From the NCBI RefSeq assembly GCF_004010195.1, contig NC_057756.1:8034676-8098675 (forward strand): DNA of 64,000 nucleotides, read 5' to 3'. Made by a program: the position numbers and the translations under genes. The notes under the pieces were generated by a model that was given only the letters and a program-made list of their open reading frames with translations, did no database searches and was not told the origin of the DNA. This stretch comes from Chiloscyllium plagiosum (taxonomy: Eukaryota). Numbering within the stretch: the first letter of the stretch is position 1; every line of letters starts with the position of its first letter. Shown one piece after another: positions 50,141-61,279 of this stretch.

Positions 50141-53058
50141 TCCCTTTCCCAGTCGCTCCTTTTTCACAGCTCTCTGGAGCATGCTCCCTTCTAAGGATTG
50201 GGAGCTTTTGTTGATCCACAATTACTAACAACAGCCATGAACACTGACAGCTCTGAGCTTTCCCTGAAGCATGTTCATCTGTGCAAAGCTGCAGCCCTGC
50301 ATTAATCAGTGCAACCAAACCAAAACCAGCCAAACAGGAGAAACTGCAGGCCAGGCAGGTCGCACATTGGTTGATACCAAGGATGGTAAATGTTACAACC
50401 AGGTAAGGAAACCAGTCGTACTTCTAATGTGTCTTCACACATTCAAAGGCCATTTGATGATAAATGGATACAGCTTAAATATACTCTGTCCATCTCTGTT
50501 TTATGAAATCCCATTGCAATGCACTACAATATCTACTTTATTTACAGCTCCAATAACTGACTCATTTCAATTCCGAACATGATCCATGACTCATACCATG
50601 GGGCTGCTGGGAACCAAAGTTAAGTGACTACGATGAGGGAGTGTCAGCCCTGTCAGCAAAGTAAAAGGAACAAACAAGTTATTCACCAATAATCGCAGAT
50701 TGATTTTTCCTATCCGATAAGGAGTCATAACCCAACACTTCCACCTGATTAAAACAACTGTTCCTCAACAACTTCTTTGTAACTGTGGCAACTGGGTAAT
50801 CATGAGACTGCAAAGTTTAATTCCCAGGTTAGCCCCACACTCAAAGTCACATATCTGATTCCCTCTGTTAAAAGACAGATTTTGTGAAGCCATGGTGATG
50901 AACCTGTTCAGAGATGGTATGATCTGCCTCTGGAGCAGTTGGACCCTTCCATCTCAGAGGCTCTGGGATAGTCCCATTGTGACACAGGAGCCCTGCCCGG
51001 TTAATTGTAGTTCCAGTCCTTTGAGCAAATTACAAGGAGAGCCGCGGACACAATTGATCACACCATCACCCATCCCTTCAACTCCTCTCCTGAGATTAAT
51101 TCAGTTTCAGGTATACAGTAAAGTTTGTCCATCCCAAATCAGCCTGCCTCGCTGGGTCTATAATAGGTTTGAAGGAGCTGACATGACACTTTGCTCTGCA
51201 CAGTGCAATGAATCATTTGGATAGCACAGACCATTTCAACATTCTCTTTAAAACCAACCTGTGCAGATGTGTAATGGCACACCTCTGGAGCAGCTGGGAC
51301 TGGTGGTCAGAATTTCAGACGTCTACAGCGACAAAACCGATTCCTGACTCGCAAAACCTGTCTACCACCCACACGGCACAAATCAGGAGTGTAATGGAAT
51401 ATTTCCCATTTGACTGGGAATACTCCACACAGCTGCAACATTATCAATACTTTTAAACAAAACAGCATTTATTAATAAGATTACCAAATGAAACACAAAC
51501 AAAAGAGATCAGAAAACAGAATAACTTAACCCTATCCAAAGACTCAACAGATTATCCCAATTTAATGATGCCATTCCAAATCCTTACAAAATCCCCATAA
51601 ACATCCTTTGGAACATAAGGTAGAATCAAATCCAGGGTTTTCCAGAACAGAAGTCAGAGAGAGAGGACTCAACTGGACCTGTTTCTTTGTGTCCAGCTTC
51701 AAAATTGCCAGATTGCCGTCAGTAAACAGCCAGACTGCCCAAAAAACATCAAACCAGAGGAAAGCTGAGCTGGGAGAACTGGACACTCCCCTTTCATTTT
51801 ACAAGATTTTATTTAACTTAAAAGCCTTTTCCCTGAGGCAATATCTGTTAGCTGTCATCAAATTGACCATAAAACACATCTCAACCCAAACTTTCAGACC
51901 TGTGTCTTTCACAAAATGAAAAAATATCCAAGGAAAACATAACCTTGTTAAAGGAGCAGCACCATCACACTTCCCTCCTTAAAAAAAGATGAACCATCAA
52001 TATTCAAAGATGGCTTCATTTTAAAACCCCTTAATCCTAAATTGTTAGTACTCCACACCACACATATACACTATATTGACAATAATCATGCAAACATTCA
52101 CTGCTAATTCTGTTTTACTCCTGCCACCAAACACCTCCATTTCCCATTCAGGTCTCGACAATGAGTCAACAATCACATTCTCTCATCCTGCCAAACGCAC
52201 AGTTTTCAAACTGATTGGCTGTAACAACAAACTCCATCTAAACAGCCTGGAATTTTGTCCTTAAATTTCTCCAAACGTCAATCTATTATGGTTGGTGTAT
52301 ATGATTGTCTCAGATACGTCACTGGCAACATAAACATTGAAGTGTTGCAACGCCAACACCAAGCTCAAAGTGTCCTTCTCAACTGTCGAATACTTCTGTT
52401 GATGAATATTCAGTTTCCTGGAGAAATACCCAATTGGTCTTTCTATCTTCTTGATGTCTTCCTCAAGAGCACAGCACCGGCTCCCACATCACTTGGTACA
52501 AATGTTTGATAAAATCCACTCAATCCCAGGAACCGTAGTACTGCTTTTTTATTGATGATGCTATGGGAAACTCCCCAGTTACCTTGGTTTTGAATCCCGT
52601 GGAGCCATTTGTCCATGTCCAATAACATGGCTAAGGAAGGTGACTTGGGCTTTGTCAAATTCACTTTTAGCCGCATTTACCACCAAGCCTGCCTGCCGAA
52701 GTCGGTCGAGCAAGACTGATAAACGCTGCAAATGTTTATTCCATGTGTGACTAAAAATCACCAGGTCATCTCTATACATGAGACAGTTGGGTAATCCAGC
52801 AATGGTCTTATTGGTTAGTCTCAGTAATGTGGCTACAACATTTTTATACCAAACGACATGACTTTAAACAGATACAGTGCATTCAGCGTTACGAAAGCCG
52901 AAATTGTCTTCGCTCTTTCTGACAAATGTACCTGAAAGTGTCCTCTGAGAAAGTCCAACTTAGAAATATAAGTTGCTTGTTGTGCCTTTTCGACACAATC
53001 TTTCAAATGCAGGATCGGATATGCATCAGTCTTTGTAACTGCAATGACTTTGCAATAG

Positions 53059-53968
53059 CTTAAAAATGTGTTGCTGGAAAAGCGCAGCAGGTCAGGCAGC
53101 ATCAAAGGAGAAGGAGAATCGACATTTCGGGCATAAGCCCTTCTTCAGGAATGAGGAAGGTGTGCCAAGCAGGCTAAGATAAAAGGTAGGGAGGAGGGAC
53201 NNNNNNNNNNNNNNNNNNNNNNNNNNNNNNNNNNNNNNNNNNNNGGAAGATCTTCCTCCAGGCGTCGTGTTTCCATGGTCTGGCGATGGAGGAGGCCAAG
53301 GACCTGCATGTCCTTGGTGGAGTGGGAGGGGGAGTTAAAGTGTTCAGCCACGGGGCGGTTGGGTTGGTTGGTGCGGGTGTCCCAGAGGTGTTCTCTGAAA
53401 CGTTTCGCAAATAGGCGGCTGTCTCCCCAATGTATAGGAGGCCACATCGGGTGCAACGGGTGCAGTGGGTGCAAGTTTTGCATTTTTTGCGGTTGCGGTT
53501 GCGGTGTGGATCTGACAAGTGAGTCGCGGAGGGAGTGGTCTTTCTTGCACCCACACCTTCCCCCCTCACTTCCCTCCAAGGCCCCAAGGGATCCTTCAAT
53601 ATCCATCAGAAATTCACCTGCACCTCCACACACATCATTTACTGCATCCGCTGCGCCCGATGCATGCGCTGCACTGCCTTCTTGACTTGCAATCTTCTTC
53701 ACGACCTCTCCGCCCCCACCCCCTCTCTGGATTATCACCCTCACCTTAACCTCCTTCCACCTATCACATTCCCAATGCCCCTCTCCCAAGTCCCTCCTCC
53801 CTACCTTTTATCTTAGCCTGCTTGGCACACCCTCCTCATTCCTGAAGAAGGGCTTATGCCCGAAACGTCGATTCTCCTTCTCCTTTGTTGCTGCCTGACC
53901 TGCTGCGCTTTTCCAGCAACACATTTTTAAGCTCTGATCCCCAGCATCTGCAGTCCTCACTTTCTCCT
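53059..53968. mobile_element. Penelope-like insertion with inverted termini and a 15-bp TSD inside the Gypsy RT
   Basis: GIY-YIG peptides (IIYCIRC, CGLLYIGET). ATGACTTTGCAATAG occurs at 53044-53058 and 53969-53983. 53057-53200 is the reverse complement of about 53790-53933. Confidence 0.88.
53838..53873 (+). ncRNA. Minimal hammerhead ribozyme motif (ACGT family); inverted sister at 53117-53152
   Basis: ATTC-CTGAAGA-A-GGGC(TTAT)GCCC-GAAA-CG-TC-GATT. Confidence 0.6.
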
Positions 53969-56900
53969 ATGACTTTGCAATAGTCCACACCTAACCTTGG
54001 GTACTCTTTGGTTTTGGCACCATTGCTATGAGTAAGCTCCAGTCACTGTAACTCACTTTGTTTATGTCATCTTGGACGATGCGTTCAATCTCCTGTCGAA
54101 ACTGTGCCCGTAAGATGTTGCTTAATCGAAACAGCATTTCCCACATCTACATCATGCATACTTAGGTTAGTACTTTCCAGCTTATTTCCACAAATCTCCC
54201 CTTGTGATAGTAATAAATCTTACAGGTCATTTTGATTTTCCTCTGGAAGCCAGCTCAATAGTTTACACCATTATTTTTTACAATTTCCTCACTGTCCAAT
54301 TCAGTTTGAGGAATGTCCAATTCAGAATCCTCTGAACTTGGTTCTGCCCTCTGTGTTGTTAGCAATAACACAGTCTCCTCTTGCTTTCCTTCACTGTCAA
54401 AATACCATTTGAGCATATACACACGACACACTTTATGACATTTCATTCTCTCTGGAGTCCTTATCAAACAGTATACCTCATTCAATTTCCTTTTGACTTG
54501 ATAGGTCGACTGAACCTCGCTTTTAAAAGTTCACCTATTACTGGAAGTAACACTAACACATTATCCCCGGGAGCAAAATTGTGAGTTTTGGATTTTTTTC
54601 ATTGTATGCTGTGATACTTTCAAATGCTGTCGAGCCAACTCCTCCACTCTATTTAATTGTTCCCGAAAATTTGACGCATACTCCAAATATGTGGTTTCTG
54701 AATTCGGACTTATCAATTCTCCTTAAACAATTTTAACAGTGCTGTCACATCATGCCCAAAAGTTAATTCAAATGGACTGAATTTGGTCGATTCATTTGGT
54801 CCACCTCTGAATGCAAAAAGTGCAAGTGGAATTCCATTATCCCAATCATCTGGGTAGTCTTGACTATAAGCCATCAACATGGTCTTTAATGTCTGATGGC
54901 CCTGTTCTAGTGCACCCTGCGATTCTGCATGGTTTTATTCCTCAGCTGTCCATAACGTCCTTGAATAATTTTGATGTGAAGTTTCACCCTTGTTTGATTG
55001 TATTTCTGTGGGTAGTCTATATCTAGTGAAAAATTTGAGTAATTCTTCTACAATCCTTTTAGTTGTGACATGGTGTAACGGAATGGATTCTGGATATCTA
55101 GTGTACACATCCATTACTGTTAACAAATATTGATTTGCGCTTTATGTTTGATGTAGGTGTTCTACACAATCTATTTTAAGACCATAGTAAAAGGTTACTC
55201 AAATGCAGGAATCGGTAGTAAAGGTGTGGGTTTTATTGCTGCCTGTGGTTTTTCAGTACCTGACATGTATAACACATCTGGCAAAACTCAAATGTATCAT
55301 TGTGCAATCCAGAGCAGTAAAAATGTTAATGTATTTTTGTTTTGAGTTTTTCTCACGCCTGAATGACCCCCGAGTGGAAGCTCGTGTGCTACTCACAACA
55401 CCTCCTTTCTATAACACACTGGCAATATGACTTGATGAACTTCTGTCCATTTCTCATATGCCTGAACATGTGATGGTCTCCATTTTCTCATTAAGATATC
55501 ATTTTTAACATAATAACATTCAGGGATATATCCAGATTCTGTGTATGCCTTTTGATACGATTGCTGTAAGTTTTCATCTTTCTGCTATAACTCAGTTAAC
55601 TTGTCAGAGGTAAAGAGGTCCGCTATGTCATTCATCTGCTCCTGGTTTGTCTCAACCATTTGATCAAGCAGTATCTCTGCTAATTCCACGTCAACCTTCC
55701 TATATGTGCTCTTTGACCTCTCCTGGAATATCCACTTTACATCTGCTTAAAACAACGAGCAAAGTTAGGGTCTGGGCCACTTTCTTGAAGCATTTTTAGG
55801 GGATCTGGCCTGGTCCATTACAGGATGGGGGCTCTTTGTGGGATTTGTTCTATATTTCCAATTTGGGATTAGCGTTGTTGGATTTGAAGGCAGTGAGTGT
55901 TAGGTCTCTTGTTCTGAGTGTTGAATTCACTTGGTTTAAACAGTGTTTGGGATAGCAATGGCTCTTGAAGTCACCAAATGTCTTCCTGGGGGTGGAAGAA
56001 GTGACTTTGGGGGTTTTACAAAAGGTGATTAAGGCCAAGCTGCAGGGATTAGCAGACAAGCTGGAGTTGGAGCTGCCTCCTTCCGTGAGGAAAGGAGAGA
56101 TAATTACAGCAATAGTTCAACATTTAAATTTGCGGGAAATGCCATCAGAATCTTTAGACGTGGCTAAAATTCAATTGGAAATGAAGCAGCTTGAGTGAGA
56201 GGCAAAAGACGAGGAAAGGGCAACAGAAACAAAAGGGTTTGAATTACAGACTTCAAAAGCAGAAGACATAGAAAAAGAGAGTATGAACTTCAGAAATTGG
56301 CACATAGGAATTCAAAAACTCACTTTCTGATGTAATGAGAACTCATGTGGAAGAGCAGAGAGTTAAACCAGCAAGATTAGCAGCTGAAATGGCTGCTGGT
56401 TATGAGATGGTCCATAGCTCAAAGATAGGCTTCCGACATCAGTTTCCATCTGCAAGGGATAGAAATTGGGGAAAAGAGCAATCCTCACGTGGAAAGGTAA
56501 ATGTAGATCTCGGTGAAGATTGTAAGGATAACTTACCACAGGGTAAAAATGAAACCCTTGAAGGGGACAGAGAAGTTAAAACGCCCCCGTGTTTTCCCTG
56601 CAATAAAGTGGGCCACATGAAATCACAGTGTTGATAGGCTGGGAAAATCACTGGGAAGCCAGATGAAGGAAAACAGGATAAGCCAGTGAATTTTGTTGGA
56701 GTGGTAACAGAGAGCACTGTGGAGGCTGGATAGCTGCACCAGAATGTACAAGCTGGTCGGAGGTTGGTTAAGGAGGATGTGCCTGATCTTCTTAAACCAT
56801 ATACTGCGAAGGTAAAGTTTACTCACATAGGCCAGGAGCAGCAGGTAAAGAGGTTACAGTATTAAGAGAAACAGGATCCTCTCAATCTGTGATGTTGAAA

Positions 56901-57359
56901 AATGAGGAGATGTGTACCTCTGAAGGACTATTGCTCGAAAAGGTATGAGTAACAGGAATTCACAGTGAGACAAGAACTGCTCAATTATGTCGAGTGAAGT
57001 TGGAGTGCCTAGTGAAGAGTGGAGGTGTTGTGGTAGGACTACTAGAAAAACTGTCATCTCCAGGAAAACAATTTGCCCTTGCTGACGATCTAGCTGGTGC
57101 ACAGGTAGGAGTGCTGCGTCCTGTTGTTGAAAAGCCAGTGAAAACTCAGGTAACTGAACTAATGTGGGACACATATCCTGGGATGTTTCTTGACTGTGTG
57201 GTAAAGAGGTCACAGAGTCACCAGTTGAAACAGGAGAGATGTCAAAGAGAGAGTACCAACATGGACCTGCTTCTTTGGGTCCAGCAGCTTTAAAACTCCC
57301 TGACTGCTTTCAGTGAATAGCCAGACTGCCAAAGCATCTAATCAAACCAGAGAAAAACA

Positions 57360-58460
57360 AGTGCACCACATGCTTTCTTCACCACCCTGTCTACCTCTGA
57401 CTCCACCTCTAAGGAACTGTGAACCTCCTCCCGAAGGCCTCTTTGTTTGGCAACACTCCCCAGGACCTGCACATTAACTGGAAATCCTGCGCTGATTTGC
57501 CTTACCAAAATGCAATACCTCACATTTATCCAAATTAAACTCTGTTTGCCTCTTTTTGGCCCATCATCCCCTCTGATCAAGGTCCTATTGTACTCTGAGG
57601 TAACCTCCTTCACGATTCAATACACCGACCATTTTGATTTCATCTGCAAACTTACTAACTATTCCTCCTATATTCAAATCCAAATCATTTATACCAATGA
57701 CAAAAAGCAGTGGGTCCAGCACTGATCCTTGTCTCACATCGCTGGTCACAGTCCTCCAGTCCAAAAAACAAACCTCCACCATCGCCCTCTGTTTCCTACC
57801 TTCAAACCACTTTTGTATCCAAATGGATAGCTCTAAACATGCTAACTAGTCCACCATGCGGAACCTTGCCGAACAACTTGCTAAAGTCCATGGAGACAAC
57901 ATCCATTACTGTGCCTTCATCAATCTTCTTTGTCATTTCTTCAAGTTAGTAAGACACAATTTCCCATGCACAAAGCCATGTTGAAAATCTCAAATCGATC
58001 CCTGCCTTTCCAAATCCCGACCCTCAGAATCCCTTCAAACACCTTACCCAACACTGACGTCAGGCTCACACCGGTCTGTAGTTCCCTAGCTTTTCCTTAC
58101 CACTTTTCTGAAACAAAAGCAGTACGTTTGACATTCTCCAGTCTCATGGAAACTCATCTGTGACTATTGATGCTGCAAATATCTCAGCAAGAGGCCCAGC
58201 AACACGTCCCTAGCTTCCCACAATGTTCTGGAACACCCTGATCAGGTCTCAGTGATCTATGTGTTTTACGATGTCTGGCACCTCCTCCTCTGTAATATGA
58301 GCATTCTTCAAGAAATCACTATTTAGTTCTCCAAGTTCTCTTGCTTCCATATCGTTCTCCACAGTAAATACAAATGCAAAATACTTGTTTAGTATCTCGC
58401 CCATCTCATGCAGTTTTCACAGCAACTGCCTTGTTGATCTTAAATGGTCCCTATTCTCTC
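57360..58460 (-). mobile_element. CR1 LINE ORF2 fragment
   Basis: SDVRQGSVLDPLLFVIGINDLD..SKFADEIK. Confidence 0.8.
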
Positions 58461-58599
58461 CCATTTACTCTTTCTCCCTAAACATTCCTGCAAAACATCC
58501 AGATATTTAATTAGGACTTCACTCAGACAACCATCGTCTCACCAGAAAATGTGGAGGCAATCAAGCCGAATCTATTTCAAACAATTTCGCCCCATCAAG

Positions 58600-59200
58600 C
58601 TTGGGCCCAGACCTTTTACTCCAATCAGCAGTAACTGAACTGGCTGATTCTCTTTTGAGACAGGAACAGAAGTTGTATCTTTAATCTGGAAAGGTTCCCT
58701 GGTATAGGTTCTTGCTGAAGTCTTTCACACTTAAGGTTTGGAGTTCAGAGCAAATTTTGTTAAAGACTGGTTCTGCACTCACTGATACAACCTTGCCAGT
58801 CTCAAACTCAATTAGAACTGGTGACCATTTAAACATATTTATTTGGATTGGTTCTGATTTGCATGTTGCTAAGCAATTTACCTGTTCCAAACCAGATGTA
58901 GGTTGACATTTAAGTGACTCTTTGATAGGTGCATGGAAGATAGTGCAATAAAGGATATGTGGGTTAGTCAGATCTTAGAATAGGATGAAAGATTAGCACA
59001 ACATGGAGGGCTGAAGGGCCTGTACTATACTGTACTGTTCTATGTTCCAATTCATGTTCTATGTTCTATGACTTTCCAGCGTGTGGACTCTCCTGGAGAT
59101 CAGCCTATGAGTTCAGTGGCACTCTTTTGCTGTCTTGGGTCCACATACCGACAGCAATTACAATGTCTTACCAGCCTGGATCCTGATGACCATTTTAACC
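58600..59200 (-). mobile_element. Gypsy gag-protease remnant (second clade)
   Basis: SEPIQIN...VLIEFETGKVVSV resembles a degenerate aspartic protease DTG motif. Confidence 0.45.
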
Positions 59201-61279
59201 AATTGGCTGATTCCCGACAAGAGAGATGGTGATGTTTCCTCAGTGAATGAGTAGGAAACACAGAAGACATACATGGTGATCTTATTTGTGATGTTTAACC
59301 CTTTCAGTGAGCGTGATGCATGCTCTCCGGCGAGTTGTAGTTCATGCACATTTGCATAATGCATTTGCAATGGCAGAGTTAGATTGAGTACTTGCCTTGT
59401 GAGTGGGAACAGACAGAGAGCAGATGGTGACGCTTACCCATGGAGTGCTGAAGACCATTGACTTTGAACTTGGATGACTTATCTATATTCCACAGTTGTG
59501 TTCATTCACTTAATATGCCAATACATCTCCACAATTCTGTGCTTCCTGTAGTACTGCTACAATACTGACCACCTTCGTGTCATTTGCAAATTTGGATTCG
59601 TGCTGTCATCTAAACTGTGAACAAATGTGGTGAAAATGTGAGACTCCAACCCAGTACCTAACAGAACACCACGCTCTGCTGACTTACCTGTTTGCTAGCT
59701 ATGGCTCACTGGCACTATTAAGTGTGCTATGGTTTGGCTGAGCGGTTAAACAGAAACTCTGTCCACCTTTTGGTGTGCATGTAAATGACTAAGCAATGTC
59801 ATTGTGAAGAAAAGTTGTGAAGTCATCCCTGGTGTTCCAGTTTATCCCCTCATTAAGCACAAAAGGGAAAGATGATATCTTTGATGGTGTGTGCCTTGTG
59901 CAAATTGTATTGACCTTTCATATATTACAACGTGGCTGCATTTCAAATTTAGAAAGTGCTAATGAACACCAAACTTTCTTTCTTGCCTCTTTAAGTATCT
60001 CTTTATTATGTTTTCTCTCTCTCTCTCTCACACTCACTCTCTGTCTCTCCCCTGCAGCCGGATCAATTTCCTGTACAGGTCACCAATGTAACTTTGCTTC
60101 TATGAACTTCAGTGCTGTTGCTTATCACTCTGTAATGAGGGACTTTATCAAGCCCCTTCTGGAGATCTATATAAATACGATCCAGAGGCACTCCTGTCTG
60201 TTACTTTATCACTAATTCAATAGCATCAATCAGGTTTGTCAGGCGTGACATATCCATTGGAAATCTATGGAAGCTCTCAGCTGAATTGAACAGTTTCAAG
60301 ATATTCGGACACCCTTCCTTAATCATAGACGAGCAACACCCCCAAAAAAACAAGTATGAGATTCTATAATGACTTGATTTCACTCTGTCACCTTCCTTCA
60401 ATAACGCAGTGACACATTCTTTACCAGTCTGAAGGAACAGTTCGTAAGCCAAGAACTTTGGACATTGAAAAATAAAAGTAAAGTCACAACCGTTTGAGGA
60501 GTCCATACGGCTGCTCTCTCTCATTAGATAGAGAGAAACAAACTGCTGGTGGTTTCACCTGAGGGTCACCACTGCTCAGGTAGGGGGAGAGGTTGTGAAG
60601 GTACAGCCTTCATGGTGACTGCTGGAAGATTAAAGTTCAACTAGTCAGTCTGTAACATGTAATGAGTAACACACTGAATAAAACATTTCACCTTCATTAA
60701 ATAAAGCACAAATGATGAAAATGCCAGAGAGTAATTTGCATCTCCAGTTTCCGTCTTGCAGGTCAGTGGAATAACTCTGTGGACTGTTTCTATCAGTCTG
60801 TGCATTTTATTTCTATCAATGTTTCCATCAGTCAGTGATCTTGCTTTGCATACCTCCTGTCAGCCATAACCTTGTATGCCTCACTCTGTCTAAGCAGCCT
60901 ACGGTCTGTATGTCCTTGTTTGCTATAATTTGGGCTGCACTGCTCTCAAAACAAAGGTTTTTCACTGTACTTCGGTACATGTGACTACAATAACTCAAAT
61001 CAAATCAAACTACTTTGTTTGATCATTTCAAACTGAATATATGTTTGACCAGGTTCCCTCCTAACATTGATAAAGGTTGTCTGTAGGTGTCTGGTATTAG
61101 TGCATTTGCACTTAAGATGGCATTTTCTCCCCTCATTATACTCCCCAGATACCTCTTCTGAAAGTGGTGCAAATACCTCACTACCCCTACCGACAAACTT
61201 TGTCTGAATCAACACCACTCAAATGTCACCGGCTATTTAATTTATTTCGCTACTTTCTCAAATGAAATGGAAAAGATTT

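Larger units (their letters stand above)
51445..57357 (-). mobile_element. Near-complete decayed Gmr1-type Gypsy retrotransposon (gag-PR-IN-RT-RH-PPT-LTR) with segment 55726-57249 inverted
   Basis: On the minus strand the integrase (LTVMDVYTRYPESIPL, 55126) precedes RT (DAYPI..KLDFLRG, YRDDLVIFS) and RNase H (DVGAGAVLL), followed by a PPT at 51970-51980 and an LTR from 51969. On the plus strand: LTR end 55822, PBS 55826, gag with CFPCNKVGHMKSQC, and a protease-like VLRETGSSQS. Confidence 0.88.
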
